DNA of 64,000 nucleotides from a candidate division FCPU426 bacterium (GCA_963719085.1 CAVRAL010000001.1:960001-1024000); one strand, 5' to 3'. Shown: positions 9,631 to 20,461, numbered from the stretch's first letter. Numbers and translations: made by a program. Notes: generated by a model from the letters alone, not told the origin.

Positions 9631-12012
9631 TTAAGTGGCGGTTGGGGTATCGGCGGGCGCCGCGGGCACGGCAGGCGGCTCAGGAGCCGTGATGATCGCG
9701 CCCGGGGGGGCGGACTCCGCGTTCGGGAATTCCTTATAGTCGCATTCCTTGTTGGGACAGGAGATGTGCGGGCCTAAAGTTTTCGTGTACTTATCCACCA
9801 GGTACAAGCCATGACACGAGGGGCAAGGCCGGTTCACCGGTTTATACCAGGAAATAAATTTACAATCCGGATAGCGGTTGCAGCCGTAAAACACTCCCCG
9901 GCGCGAGCCTCTCGACACCACTTCCCCGCCGCAGCCTAAGGGGCAGGGGATCTTCAGCGAAATCGGCTTGGCGGTCTTGCATTCGGGATACTTGGAACAG
10001 GCCAAAAATTTCCCGAAGCGGCCCATCTTGACCACCATGTCGCTTCCGCACTTCGGGCACTTCTCGTCCGTCGCCGTGTCCGTGTCGATTTGAATGGACC
10101 CGTCCGAGGTTTCCTTCAAGCTTTTGGTGTTTTGGCACTCCGGGTAACTGGCGCAAGCCAAGAACTTTCCATGCCGTCCCCATTTGACGATCATCATCTT
10201 GCCGCATTTTTCACAAGGAATATCGGTGACCTGCTCAATTTTACTTTTTTCCTCGCCAATCAGTTTTTCCGCCTCCGCTAAGGTATCCTTAAAGGGAATA
10301 TAAAAATCGCTGATGACGTTGCGCCATTCCTGTTCCCCGGCTTCCACATGGTCAAGCTCGGTTTCCATCTTGGCGGTAAAGGCGTAATCCAGGATGGTCG
10401 GGAAATTTTTCATCAGGATTTCCAAAACCAAGTTTCCCAATTCGGCCAAAAAGAAACGCCCATTCTCTTTTTTCACGTAATGGCGTGTTTGGATGGTTTC
10501 CAAAGTAGGCGCGTAAGTGGAAGGCCGGCCGATGCCCAATTCTTCCAAAGTCTTCACCATGGAAGCGTCCGTAAACCGGGGTGGCGGCTGGGTAAAATGC
10601 TGCTCGGGGACGGGCACTTGCCATAGCATCGGCTGGCCTTCGGCGATGCCCGAAAGCTTATTGGGGTTCATTTGCTTCTCGTCGCCTTCGCCCTCTTTTT
10701 TGTCCTCATCCGCGGCTTCTTCGTAAACTTTGGTATAGCCCTCAAACAAGGTTTCGGTCCCCGAGGCCCTAAAAACAGCGTCGGCCCCGCTGATTTCCAC
10801 GCTGGTTTCCCGGTACAAGGCGTTGCTCATTTGGCTGGCTAAAAAATCCTCCCAAATCAGCTTATAAAGCTTGAATTGTTCCGGGGTCAAAAAAACCTTC
10901 ATTTGATCGGGGGTGCGGAAAACCGATGTCGGCCGGATCGCCTCGTGGGCGTCCTGGATCTTATTTTTACTGGAAGTGTCCCGGTCCCCGGGGCTCAAAT
11001 ATTTATCCCCGTAGGTCTCGGCGATGAACTTGGCCGCTTCCGCCTTCGCCTCGGGGGAAACGCGCTTGGAATCCGTCCTCATATAAGTAATCAATCCCAT
11101 GGGACCGGAGTCGCCGATCTCCACGCCTTCATAGAGGCCCTGGGCGATCGACATGGTTTTGCGGGCGCCAAAGCGCAGCTGCTTATAGGCTTCCTGTTGT
11201 AATTTGGAAGTCGTGAAAGGCATGGGGGGCTTTTTAGACTTTTCCCGGTGTAAAACCGCCGAAACCTTGAAATCGGCGCTCTTGAGCCGCTCAATGAGGG
11301 CCAGGGTTTCTTCCTGGGTTTTCAAATCGGGCTTTTCGCCGGCCACCTTGGCCAGTTTGGTGCGGATCAGCCGCTTATCCTCGGTCAAGAAATCGGCTTC
11401 CAGGGTCCAATATTCCACCGGCTTGAAACCCTCGATTTCCTTTTCCCGCTCATAGATAAGCCGAAGCGCCACGGATTGAACCCGACCGGCCGAAAGACCC
11501 CGGCGGATATTTTTCCATAATAAAGGACTGATCCCGTAACCCACCAAGCGGTCCAAAACGCGCCGCGCCTGTTGGGCGTTCACCATGTTTAAATCCACTT
11601 CACTGGGCGTCAGGATCGCCTCTTCAATGGCGTTTTTCGTGATTTCATTCAGCCGGAGCCTAAAAAGCGGCGGCGTATTTTCGGTGGCGCTCAAAAAATT
11701 CTTAATATGCCAACCAATGGCCTCCCCTTCCCGGTCCGGGTCGGTCGCCAGATAGACAATGGTTGATTTTTGAGCGGCTTTTTTCAGTTCTTTGATGATC
11801 GAGGCTTTTCCACGGATAGGAATGTATTGGGGCTCAAAATTGGCGTCGACGGCCACGCCTAATTTGCTCTTGGGCAGATCGATCAAGTGCCCCTTGGAGG
11901 CCAGCACGATAAAATCCGAACCCAAATATTTATTAATGGTCTTCGCCTTGGAAGGCGACTCCACGATCACCAGTTTTTTGGTGTTTTCTTTTTTCTTCCT
12001 GGCCTTTGCCAC
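9631..12012 (-). CDS. topA: DNA topoisomerase I with C-terminal Zn ribbons
   Basis: LVIVESPSKAKTI, ATDPDREGE, SAGRVQ, ITYMRTD, GIGRPSTY; GTG start at 12012 inferred. Confidence 0.97.
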   Translation of the reverse strand: MAKARKKKENTKKLVIVESPSKAKTINKYLGSDFIVLASKGHLIDLPKSKLGVAVDANFEPQYIPIRGKASIIKELKKAAQKSTIVYLATDPDREGEAIGWHIKNFLSATENTPPLFRLRLNEITKNAIEEAILTPSEVDLNMVNAQQARRVLDRLVGYGISPLLWKNIRRGLSAGRVQSVALRLIYEREKEIEGFKPVEYWTLEADFLTEDKRLIRTKLAKVAGEKPDLKTQEETLALIERLKSADFKVSAVLHREKSKKPPMPFTTSKLQQEAYKQLRFGARKTMSIAQGLYEGVEIGDSGPMGLITYMRTDSKRVSPEAKAEAAKFIAETYGDKYLSPGDRDTSSKNKIQDAHEAIRPTSVFRTPDQMKVFLTPEQFKLYKLIWEDFLASQMSNALYRETSVEISGADAVFRASGTETLFEGYTKVYEEAADEDKKEGEGDEKQMNPNKLSGIAEGQPMLWQVPVPEQHFTQPPPRFTDASMVKTLEELGIGRPSTYAPTLETIQTRHYVKKENGRFFLAELGNLVLEILMKNFPTILDYAFTAKMETELDHVEAGEQEWRNVISDFYIPFKDTLAEAEKLIGEEKSKIEQVTDIPCEKCGKMMIVKWGRHGKFLACASYPECQNTKSLKETSDGSIQIDTDTATDEKCPKCGSDMVVKMGRFGKFLACSKYPECKTAKPISLKIPCPLGCGGEVVSRGSRRGVFYGCNRYPDCKFISWYKPVNRPCPSCHGLYLVDKYTKTLGPHISCPNKECDYKEFPNAESAPPGAIITAPEPPAVPAAPADTPTAT

Positions 12013-12195
12013 GAAAAACTCCCCGGAGCGGACTTGAGCTGATTCGGACCGCCGATTCGCAAGAATAGGTAGAGGAGATATTTTTGTCAAGTTTTCTCAA
12101 TAAACAGCGTGACACACCCGCGTCCTTTCAGAGGCCGTCTAACGCGGTTATTTCGTTTTAAAGTCAGGGGAAAGTTCAAATTCAGCGGGGGAAAA

Positions 12196-13314
12196 TCACA
12201 ACCTTAAATAACAGTGGCCGGGCGCCTGCTCCACCAATCCCTTGATTTCCAAAACCAGCAATAGCTCGTTCAAACGCCGGGAGGGCAAGCCCACCGATCG
12301 GCTTAAGGCGTCCACGTGCAAGGGATCGTTTCCCATTTGTTCCAAAACAATTTTTTCCTCATCGGTGACTTCCGCCGAAGCCTGCGGCGCCGTTCCCGGA
12401 GCGAGGAAGGGCTGGGAGCGGTAAATTTTCTCGGCCTTGCGGTCCTGCAACTCGTCGAAAATATCCTGCACCCCCACCACCAAACGGGCGCCTTGCTGGA
12501 TCAGCGAATGGGTTCCCTCGGACTGCGTGTGGTTGACGGGCCCGGGAACGGCGAAAACCGGTTTGCCTTGCTCCATAGCGTGGTCCACCGTGATAAAAGA
12601 ACCGCTGTTTTTGTTGGCTTCCACGACCAAAACCCCTTTGGAAGCGCCGCTGATCAGGCGGTTGCGCTGGGGAAAGTGAAGGGCCAGGGGTTTTCCCGCC
12701 AAGGGATACTCGCTGAACAAAGCGCCTTGCTCCGCGATCCGTTCGGCCAATTTTTTGTTTTCCGGCGGATAAAGATTTAAAAGACCGCTGCCCAAAAAAG
12801 CCAGCGTCCGGCCGGCCGAAAAGCGAAGCGCCCCTTGATGCGCCAAGGAATCAATCCCCCGGGCCAATCCGGAAACGACCGTGTACCCGGAGCGGGCCAA
12901 ATCATAAGCCAGGCGTCCCGCCACATCCCTTCCATAAGAACTAGGTTGACGGCATCCGATCACCGCCAGCGCCTTTTCATCCTGGGGCAGGTAGGAGCCT
13001 CTCATCCACAAAACAAAGGGCGGGTCATAAAGCGTCTTTAACGCCTTGGGGAAAGCCTCGTCATTCTCGACTAATAAAGAAATACCGGCCGCCTCAGCCT
13101 TTTCGATTTCCCGGTTACCCCGTTCTTCGGGATTTTCAAGCGCGAGAACCTTGCGGGCCACCGCGATTGTCCAAGTGGGCAGATAGGAAAGTCGGTCTTC
13201 GGCGGCCCCAAAAACATCGCTTAAATTGGGGAAAGAAAGCCTCAAGGCGGCCAGCCGGCGGGGCCCCACCACACCCGTCAAATGAAGGGCCAAAAGGGTT
13301 TGCCGTTCGTTCAT
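12196..13314 (-). CDS. dprA: DNA-processing protein DprA
   Basis: VSGLARGID..AH, FPQRNRLISG, VVEA...SGS..T, C-terminal winged helix; next to topA. Confidence 0.96.
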   Translation of the reverse strand: MNERQTLLALHLTGVVGPRRLAALRLSFPNLSDVFGAAEDRLSYLPTWTIAVARKVLALENPEERGNREIEKAEAAGISLLVENDEAFPKALKTLYDPPFVLWMRGSYLPQDEKALAVIGCRQPSSYGRDVAGRLAYDLARSGYTVVSGLARGIDSLAHQGALRFSAGRTLAFLGSGLLNLYPPENKKLAERIAEQGALFSEYPLAGKPLALHFPQRNRLISGASKGVLVVEANKNSGSFITVDHAMEQGKPVFAVPGPVNHTQSEGTHSLIQQGARLVVGVQDIFDELQDRKAEKIYRSQPFLAPGTAPQASAEVTDEEKIVLEQMGNDPLHVDALSRSVGLPSRRLNELLLVLEIKGLVEQAPGHCYLRL

Positions 13315-13318
13315 ACGC

Positions 13319-14434
13319 TTAATCCGATAAAACCGCTTTGTTGGGACCGGCTTGTTGAGCTTGTTGAAGAAGCGTCATGGCCTTCTCATACAGCCCTTTC
13401 GGATCGGTCGAATTTTCCGGGTACGACGAGGCGCTGAGGTTGATGTAAACCGCGGGGGTGGTCCCAAGAATTTGTTTGAAAAATTTGAACACGCGCTTGG
13501 CGATGATCCCGCAGGTATTGGTAGCGGTATCCGGAAGCACGATGGCGTATTGATTGGGCGATACGCGGCAAAGCACGTCCACCCGCCTTAAACTTTTAAT
13601 GAGCACTTCGGCGATATGGGCCGCCACTAAATTTTCATCGGGCCGGGCTTCGCCTTCGGTGAAGCCCACGCTTAAGATCAGCAGGCACATATTCCGGGAA
13701 TAACGACGGGCCCGTTCCACCTCAATGCCCAGGCTTTCATCAAAATAGCTTCGATTATAAAGCCGGGTCACCGAGTCCACCAAATGCGTCGAACGGTTCG
13801 GAACTCCCGGCAGCAATTGCTGTTCCTCCTCGACGATCTCTTCGAGGGAGCGCGCTTTGGCCGAAGCCGCATTGGACGCGCTGGGCGCGGCCGCGGATGG
13901 AGCGACGGGCGGCGGCGCGGCGGCGGGCGGGGCCATCTTGGCCTTCGCGATTTTTTCCACCGTGCCGCTTAAAAGTTCTTTCCACATGGTCCAAACCTGG
14001 CTCACATCCTGCACCAAGGGCAAGGCGTAAGTCCTGGAATCCACATGGCCGCAGCCCAAAAGCAAATATTCTTTTCCCGGGGTGTTGTAAACCATGAACA
14101 TGGCGCTTTTGGGTTTTTGCATCCTCAGCGAGCCATATTGATTAAAGGTGGGCTTCCCCGTGATATCGGTGTAAACCTTGATCGGCAAACGGGTGAGGGC
14201 CACTTTTTCCTCCGGTCCCAACCGGTATAGGCTGGCGTCCATCACATCAGCGTTGCCCGCGAAAGTGATCGGAATCAGTTCCTCTTCCGGCGTGGCGGCG
14301 GCCGCCACAAAAACCGTATCGAACTGATATTGGGTCATAATTTCAGAGCAGGCGTCTTTTAGATTATCGGCGGAAGGAGGATTTTTTTTACAGGCAAGAA
14401 TGAGTTTGTCTAATAGTTCGGAAGCCGTTGGCAT
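13319..14434 (-). CDS. Degenerate GGDEF-domain protein with N-terminal sensor-like domain and Pro/Ala linker
   Basis: DSVTRLYNRSYF...EVERARRY; RRVD (RxxD) five residues before SPNQY, which occupies the GGDEF position. Confidence 0.8.
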   Translation of the reverse strand: MPTASELLDKLILACKKNPPSADNLKDACSEIMTQYQFDTVFVAAAATPEEELIPITFAGNADVMDASLYRLGPEEKVALTRLPIKVYTDITGKPTFNQYGSLRMQKPKSAMFMVYNTPGKEYLLLGCGHVDSRTYALPLVQDVSQVWTMWKELLSGTVEKIAKAKMAPPAAAPPPVAPSAAAPSASNAASAKARSLEEIVEEEQQLLPGVPNRSTHLVDSVTRLYNRSYFDESLGIEVERARRYSRNMCLLILSVGFTEGEARPDENLVAAHIAEVLIKSLRRVDVLCRVSPNQYAIVLPDTATNTCGIIAKRVFKFFKQILGTTPAVYINLSASSYPENSTDPKGLYEKAMTLLQQAQQAGPNKAVLSD

Positions 14435-14595
14435 AAAATCCCCGCTGATAAAAGTGTCGAAAAGTAAAAGCGCCCAAATGAAGCGACAATCATGTTAACA
14501 CGCGAAGCCCCGGGGACCCTTCGAATTAAGAAGGCTGCCTCCGTTTTCAGCCGGCTTATATCGTTATCACGTTTAAACTGGGGATTGGTAAACCT

Positions 14596-15210
14596 TTACT
14601 TGACCTTGATGGCTTGAAAAATGGCCCGCAGGGAAACCGCGTCCGGCACCAATATGAAATACCCGCCGATCACCTCTTGGGCATCAATGAATTTAGTCTC
14701 AATGCAAATCACCTTGACCCCCTCTTCCATGCCTTGGGTGATGGTGGAAAGCAAAGCTCCCGCCATGTCGAAAACCAGGGTGGGTACCGAGATTAAAAGA
14801 AGCATGCCTAAAAACTCATTAAGGGCGCTCAAATAAGCTCCCGTTAAAATGTTCCCCGCTTCTTTTATCGCCGAGTGGCCCATCTCATTAAGTATTTTGC
14901 TGGTTCCCACCGGCTGTTTTAAAAGCATATCAGCCAAATGCAAAGCCGAGTCCCGGGGAAACAACAGGATAATTTTTCCGGTCGCGTCCCCCAAGATGGA
15001 AAGCGTCAAACCCGCCACCAAGGTATTGGGATCCCCCATCAATAGCGGGATCTCCGAAAGGGGCAAAATGGTCGCGTTGGGCACCGTGATATTGATCCGC
15101 TTTCCTAATAATTGGGAAAGCGCGGTGGCGCCATGGCCCGCCCCGATATTTCCCACTTCTTTGAGCGCGTCAATTTGGGCGGGCGTTAATTCATCGAGAT
15201 TGAGCAACAT
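14596..15210 (-). CDS. cheC: CheC-family CheY-P phosphatase
   Basis: Two ExxN motifs: DALKEVGNI and SAIKEAGNI. Confidence 0.92.
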   Translation of the reverse strand: MLLNLDELTPAQIDALKEVGNIGAGHGATALSQLLGKRINITVPNATILPLSEIPLLMGDPNTLVAGLTLSILGDATGKIILLFPRDSALHLADMLLKQPVGTSKILNEMGHSAIKEAGNILTGAYLSALNEFLGMLLLISVPTLVFDMAGALLSTITQGMEEGVKVICIETKFIDAQEVIGGYFILVPDAVSLRAIFQAIKVK

Positions 15211-17254
15211 GATTCCCTTTCTTAAGGCGTTTGAGATTCTCCAATTGGTTCCGCTTTTCCTTCAAATCCTCAATCAAACTGGAAACGTCCAAAATCAGGG
15301 CGATCCGCCCCGTTCCCAATATGGTCGCGCCCGCGAAACCCCGAATTCCCTTGAGCACCCGATCCAAAGGCTTAATGGCGACTTCCTGCTGGCCCAAAAC
15401 CTCATCCACGATAATCCCGACCCGGGCGTCCCCCACTTCCGCGATCAAGACCGTCTCCACCGAGCGGGAAACCCCCGAAGCGGCCTCCGGCATTTCCAGA
15501 AGCTCGGTTAAATAATATAGAGGAATGACCTCGCCCCTCAACAATAATGCCTCTTGTTGTTGAATATATTTTTTGTCCAAGGGCGTGATGTCCAAAGTTT
15601 CCACGATCCCCACCACCGGAACCGCGAACCGCTCGTCGCCGCTGCGGATCAAAAGCGCCTTAATGATGGCCAAGGTCAGGGGAAACCGAAGTGAAAAGGT
15701 GGTTCCCTGCCCCTTTCGGCTGTGAATCCGAAAGGTTCCGCCCATGGACTCCACTTTCGTTTTCGCCACATCCACGCCCACCCCGCGGCCCGATATCTCA
15801 CTGGCCGATTCCACGGTGGAAAAACCCGGCAAGGCGATCAACCGGACGGCTTCCTCGTCGTTCAACCTTTGAGCCTCATCCCGCGAGATAAGCCCTTTGG
15901 AAACCGCCTTGTTTTTGATGACGTCCGGATCGATCCCCCGCCCGTCATCGGCGACCGAGATGACCACGAAGGACCGCTCGCGCTTGGCTTCCAAACGGAT
16001 CACGCCGTAGGATTCTTTGCCCTCCCGTTCCCGGTCATTGGGGCTCTCGATGCCGTGATCCACCGCGTTTCTCAAAAGATGGACCAAGGGCTCGCCCATT
16101 TCCTCAATAACGGTGCGGTCCAGCTCCACCTCCACGCCGTTCATCTCCAGATCCACATCCTTGCCCAAATTTTTCGCCAGATCCCGCACCATCCTGGGAA
16201 ACCGGTCGAAAATTTGCTTCACCGGCATCAATCGAACCTTGGTGATCTCATCCTGCAGCTCGTCCGTGATGTGATTGAGCTGGGAAAGCGGGTCCGTTAA
16301 ATCTTTCACGTCATTGGAAGCCACCACTTGCTCAAACCGGATCTTGGCGATCACCAGTTCCTGAACCAGGGACATCAATTTGTCGAGCTTGGTCGTATGC
16401 ACCCGCACCGTGGGAAGCACGAATGATTTTTCGTCCGGCATGGGCTCGGCCATGGAACTGAGTGAGCCGCTAGGTTGGGAAGTTTCCGAAACTGCGGCGC
16501 CGGGGTTCCAAACCTCCACTTGGGCCGCCTGGACCTCGGATATTTTCATCAAGCTTTCCCGAATCACCTCGGGTTTTCGATCCGTGATCACCAAAAGCTT
16601 AAACTGGCTCTCAAACTGCCCCTTCTCGATGGCCTCCGGGTCCGGGGCGGCTTTCACGATCTCCCCCTGGTCATTGACCGCGCGCAGGATCATAAAGGCC
16701 CGCACCTCTTTAAAAGCGCTTTGCGGGTCCACCTCCATCAAAATCTCCAAAACGTGAAACCCGCTCATTTTCGCCTGGGAAAGAATGTCCATTTCCTCTT
16801 TTGAAAACGTGAAACCGGACCCGGATATTTTCGCCGCTCCCGGCTCCGCCTTCGACGCCGAATCCGTCTCGGGCGCTTCCGAAACCTTCTTGAGGGTTTC
16901 CAAGATCGCGTCCAGCCCCTCGCCGGATAAATAATCTTGGGACATGAGGGTCCGCACCCAGCTTTCCAGGCGGTCCAAGCAGGCGAACAAAACATCCACC
17001 AAAGAAGACGAGAGCTTTTTTTCCCCCGACCGCACGGGTTCCAACACGCTTTCCATGTGGTGGGTCAAGGTCGCCATAGGCTCATAGCCCATGGTGGCCG
17101 ACATGCCTTTTAACGTGTGGGCTGCCCGGAAAATTTCATTGATGGACTGGGCATGCCCGGGGTTTTTCTCTAACTCCACGAGGGCATTATTGAGGTTGGA
17201 GAGATATTCTTTCGCTTCCGTGAGGAAGGCGTCTTTGTAGTCGCTGTTTTCCAA
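15191..17254 (-). CDS. cheA: Chemotaxis histidine kinase CheA (P1-P5, including P2)
   Basis: IFRAAHTLKGM, HLLRNAVDHGIE, DDGRGID, SGRGVGVDV, C-terminal CheW-like domain. Confidence 0.97.
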   Translation of the reverse strand: MENSDYKDAFLTEAKEYLSNLNNALVELEKNPGHAQSINEIFRAAHTLKGMSATMGYEPMATLTHHMESVLEPVRSGEKKLSSSLVDVLFACLDRLESWVRTLMSQDYLSGEGLDAILETLKKVSEAPETDSASKAEPGAAKISGSGFTFSKEEMDILSQAKMSGFHVLEILMEVDPQSAFKEVRAFMILRAVNDQGEIVKAAPDPEAIEKGQFESQFKLLVITDRKPEVIRESLMKISEVQAAQVEVWNPGAAVSETSQPSGSLSSMAEPMPDEKSFVLPTVRVHTTKLDKLMSLVQELVIAKIRFEQVVASNDVKDLTDPLSQLNHITDELQDEITKVRLMPVKQIFDRFPRMVRDLAKNLGKDVDLEMNGVEVELDRTVIEEMGEPLVHLLRNAVDHGIESPNDREREGKESYGVIRLEAKRERSFVVISVADDGRGIDPDVIKNKAVSKGLISRDEAQRLNDEEAVRLIALPGFSTVESASEISGRGVGVDVAKTKVESMGGTFRIHSRKGQGTTFSLRFPLTLAIIKALLIRSGDERFAVPVVGIVETLDITPLDKKYIQQQEALLLRGEVIPLYYLTELLEMPEAASGVSRSVETVLIAEVGDARVGIIVDEVLGQQEVAIKPLDRVLKGIRGFAGATILGTGRIALILDVSSLIEDLKEKRNQLENLKRLKKGNHVAQSR

Positions 17255-17313
17255 AACTTCCCCCGCGCTCGATCATGGGATGACCCAGGGGATATTTTAG
17301 GGTTTTAAACGAT

Positions 17314-18399
17314 TTAACGGGATAAAAAAGACAGAATCTCGCCGGCGATGTCAGGAATGGGCAGCTGCCGGTCCACCACTCCGCTGTCCACCGCGGCTTT
17401 GGGCATGCCATAGACCACGCAGCTTTCGGCGTCTTGGGCGAAAGTCCTTCCACCGGCTTCGTGGATATTCTTTAAACCGGCGGCGCCATCCCGGCCCATT
17501 CCGGTCAAAATGACCCCCAAACAATGTTTGCCGGACGCTTTGGCGACCGATTGCATCATGACGTCCGCCGAAGGGCGCACCCCCATTCGCGGCGGCGAGT
17601 CATTGAGCGCGATCCGATAATTGCCCGGCCCGCCTTGAACCGTCAAATGACGCCCGGCCGGCGCCACGTAACCGAAACCGGTTAAGACCGACTGACCTTC
17701 CTCGGCTTCCACCACATTCAGGGCGCCGCATTCATCCAACCGGCGGGCCAAGGCCTTGGTGAAACCCGTGGAGATGTGCTGCACAATGACCAAAGCCGCC
17801 GGGAAGCCGGTGGGAATCTTCGTTAAAAGCTCGTGCAGCGCCCGCGGCCCCCCGGTGGAGGAGGCCACCGCCACCAGCGTGTGCGCCGGAGCCGAGACTT
17901 CCAAAAGCTGTCCATGGCTGGGCTTGGGGTCCTTTTTGGGCTCCAACCCGCTCATCTCGCCCTCACTGCGTTTGCGGGGATGGGACAGCGAAGCGACCTT
18001 TACTTTTTCAATTAACTCGTTCTTGATGCTTTCCAAATCCGTGATGGGAATCCCGGAAGGTTTTCCCACGCATTCCACGGCGCCAATTTCCAGGGCGCGG
18101 ATGGTGGTTTCCATCCCCTTGCCCGTGTGGGCCGACAACATGACCACGGGAACCGGATCCTCCACAATGATCCGCCGCAGCGCGGAGAGGCCGTCCATGT
18201 GGGGCATTTCCACATCCATCGTGATGACATCGGGTTTGAGCAGCTTATTCTTCTCAATAGCTTCCAGACCCGTTTTGGCCGTGTCCACGACGGTGATTCC
18301 CTGCTTGGGATCATCCAAAATTTTTACCAGGATTTTGCGCATGAAAAAGGAGTCGTCCACGACGAGAACGCGAATCAGGTGAGGGGGTTGTGCCAACAT
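17314..18399 (-). CDS. cheB: CheB response regulator-methylesterase
   Basis: Receiver DVITMDVEMP; catalytic motifs SSTGG, VQH, GMGRDG. Confidence 0.96.
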   Translation of the reverse strand: MLAQPPHLIRVLVVDDSFFMRKILVKILDDPKQGITVVDTAKTGLEAIEKNKLLKPDVITMDVEMPHMDGLSALRRIIVEDPVPVVMLSAHTGKGMETTIRALEIGAVECVGKPSGIPITDLESIKNELIEKVKVASLSHPRKRSEGEMSGLEPKKDPKPSHGQLLEVSAPAHTLVAVASSTGGPRALHELLTKIPTGFPAALVIVQHISTGFTKALARRLDECGALNVVEAEEGQSVLTGFGYVAPAGRHLTVQGGPGNYRIALNDSPPRMGVRPSADVMMQSVAKASGKHCLGVILTGMGRDGAAGLKNIHEAGGRTFAQDAESCVVYGMPKAAVDSGVVDRQLPIPDIAGEILSFLSR

Positions 18400-18434
18400 A
18401 GCTTAGTTCCGCCAGGCGTCAAATTGAGTTGCGT

Positions 18435-18797
18435 TCAGCCCAAAACCCGCTTGATCGCCTCGTGAACCCGGGGCGTTTGAAAAGGCTTAATGATAAAATC
18501 CCGGGCGCCGGCCTGGATCGCGTCAATCACCATGGCCTGCTGGCCCATGGCGCTGACCATGATGATCTTCGCCTCGGGGTCAAAACCGCGTATCTGTTTG
18601 ACCGCCTCGATTCCGTCCATGTCGGGCATCACAATATCCATGGTCACCAAATCCGGACGCACCTGTTGATATAACGCCGCCGCTTCCGAACCCGTTCCCG
18701 CCTCGCCCGCCAGTTTAAAATCATCCTTGATGATGATGCTTTTCAGGATTGCCCTCATAAAAGGCGAGTCATCCACAATCAAGACATTAACGGGCAT
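18435..18797 (-). CDS. cheY: CheY-like single-domain response regulator
   Basis: IVDD, MDIVMP, SAMGQQ, IKPF. Confidence 0.92.
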   Translation of the reverse strand: MPVNVLIVDDSPFMRAILKSIIIKDDFKLAGEAGTGSEAAALYQQVRPDLVTMDIVMPDMDGIEAVKQIRGFDPEAKIIMVSAMGQQAMVIDAIQAGARDFIIKPFQTPRVHEAIKRVLG

Positions 18798-19314
18798 TCA
18801 CGCGCTCCTCGGTGAGTAACGACCACTCAAAATCGGCCAAATTCTTGATTTCTTCCAGATTAAAGACCCGCTCCAAGTTCAGCATAAGAATAAAACTATT
18901 TTTCGACTCCACCACGCCGGACAAAAATTTCGCGTCGATCGTCAAAAAATTCCGGGACGGCGCCAAACGTCTGCTCAGGGCCACCCTTTGCACTTCCAGC
19001 ACCTTGTCCACCAGCAATCCCACGATTTGGTCGCCGACTTCCACGATCATAATCCGCGCGTCCATCGTCAATTCACAGGCGGGCAGGCCAAAGCGTCTTT
19101 TAAAGTCCAGGACCGAGACAATTTTTCCCCTCAAGTTGATGATGCCGGAGAGAAACCGGGGAGCCTTGGGCATCCGGGTAATCTCAATGACGCGGATGAT
19201 TTCCCGAACCCGCTCAATCTCAATCCCAAACTCGGCGCCCGCCAAATGAAAAACGACCAACTTGAATTCCTTCTCGTTTTCCGGGACCGGCATCGTTTCC
19301 ATGTAAGACGACAT
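18787..19314 (-). CDS. cheW: CheW coupling protein
   Basis: VREII...ITRMP..P....GIINLRGKIV...GLLVDKV. Confidence 0.93.
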   Translation of the reverse strand: MSSYMETMPVPENEKEFKLVVFHLAGAEFGIEIERVREIIRVIEITRMPKAPRFLSGIINLRGKIVSVLDFKRRFGLPACELTMDARIMIVEVGDQIVGLLVDKVLEVQRVALSRRLAPSRNFLTIDAKFLSGVVESKNSFILMLNLERVFNLEEIKNLADFEWSLLTEERVNAR

Positions 19315-19330
19315 ATTGAGGCCCTTTATC

Positions 19331-19816
19331 TCACAACCAAAATTCCGGCTGGTTTAATTTCTTTATTTTAATCCGGCCGTCCGCCAATGAAAATTGGATG
19401 GTCCGCCCGAATTCACCGCCCAAATCCTCGCCCACAATCGGAATGGAGAGAGTCCGCAGCTTTTCCCGGGCCGCCGTCGCGTTCCGGACCCCGATCGGGA
19501 CCGGATGGGAAACAATATGCTTAAACATGTTCGCCCCGCCCACCAGTTTGGCCTGCAGCCGGCCAATGTCGCTGCCCAACCCCTTCAGTTCCCGTACCAA
19601 TTGGTCAATCGCCGTATCCGCGTATTTCCCCGGGATGAAGCCCCGGGTGAAAAGCGCGCTGGAGGGAAGCATCACATGGGCCAGTCCGCCGTTTTTTTTA
19701 TCCCGGTCGAACAAGGTCACTCCCACGCAGGACCCCAGGCCGTAAGCCACAAAAGAATCCGGGAATTGAGCGACTTTCACCTCGGCAATCCCGACCGCCC
19801 ATTCTTTTTCACCCAT
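19331..19816 (-). CDS. cheD: CheD glutamine deamidase
   Basis: GLGSCVG, GGLAHVMLP, GKYAD, KLVGGANMF, EDLGG..GR. Confidence 0.95.
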   Translation of the reverse strand: MGEKEWAVGIAEVKVAQFPDSFVAYGLGSCVGVTLFDRDKKNGGLAHVMLPSSALFTRGFIPGKYADTAIDQLVRELKGLGSDIGRLQAKLVGGANMFKHIVSHPVPIGVRNATAAREKLRTLSIPIVGEDLGGEFGRTIQFSLADGRIKIKKLNQPEFWL

Positions 19817-20441
19817 TGCCGGGGAGTCCCAAGGTATTGGCGAAGGCCTTAAAAAGCCGCTCCAGGCTTCCCGCTTCGGGCAAAAGCAAAAATTTGCTCG
19901 TCATTTTTTTGTTCTGGGCGATGAGTTCGGTCTCGATCACGATGGCCAAATCCTCTTTTTCCTCGAGTTCCACCAGCACGCTGTCCAAAATCGCCTGCGC
20001 CATGTCCATCACCAACTCGGGAACCCCGTGCAAAATTTGAACGTTGATGAAGCGAAAAAGGGCGCTCAAATAAGCCCCGGTCAATATGCTTCCCAGTTCC
20101 CGCAGCGCGGATTTCTCAATGTCCGAAAGTCCGTCGGGTCCGGGAATAGCGGTAAAATTGGGCAGGAGCATCCGGGTCAACTCATTGATCTGATCAAGGG
20201 GGAAAAAAACCAAAACCAATCCGGTGACGTCGCCGTAAACCGGAAGACAAACTGAGGCCACGTTGGAATCGGATCCACCCAGAAATTCCGCGATGGCGTC
20301 CGTGGGCAAAACACAAACTTTCGAAACCGACAAGTCAATCCGCTGGCCCGTCAGCTGGGACAGGGCGGTCGCCGCGTTGCCGGCTCCCACGTTCCCCACT
20401 TCACGGAGTGCGTCCAGTTGAAACTCATTAAGCGATGGCAC
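19809..20441 (-). CDS. cheC: Second CheC-family phosphatase with one degenerate site
   Basis: DALREVGNV intact, SALRELGSI has N>S; GTG start at 20441 inferred. Confidence 0.88.
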   Translation of the reverse strand: MPSLNEFQLDALREVGNVGAGNAATALSQLTGQRIDLSVSKVCVLPTDAIAEFLGGSDSNVASVCLPVYGDVTGLVLVFFPLDQINELTRMLLPNFTAIPGPDGLSDIEKSALRELGSILTGAYLSALFRFINVQILHGVPELVMDMAQAILDSVLVELEEKEDLAIVIETELIAQNKKMTSKFLLLPEAGSLERLFKAFANTLGLPGNG

Positions 20442-20461
20442 AAACCCACTCCAAGTTGTTT

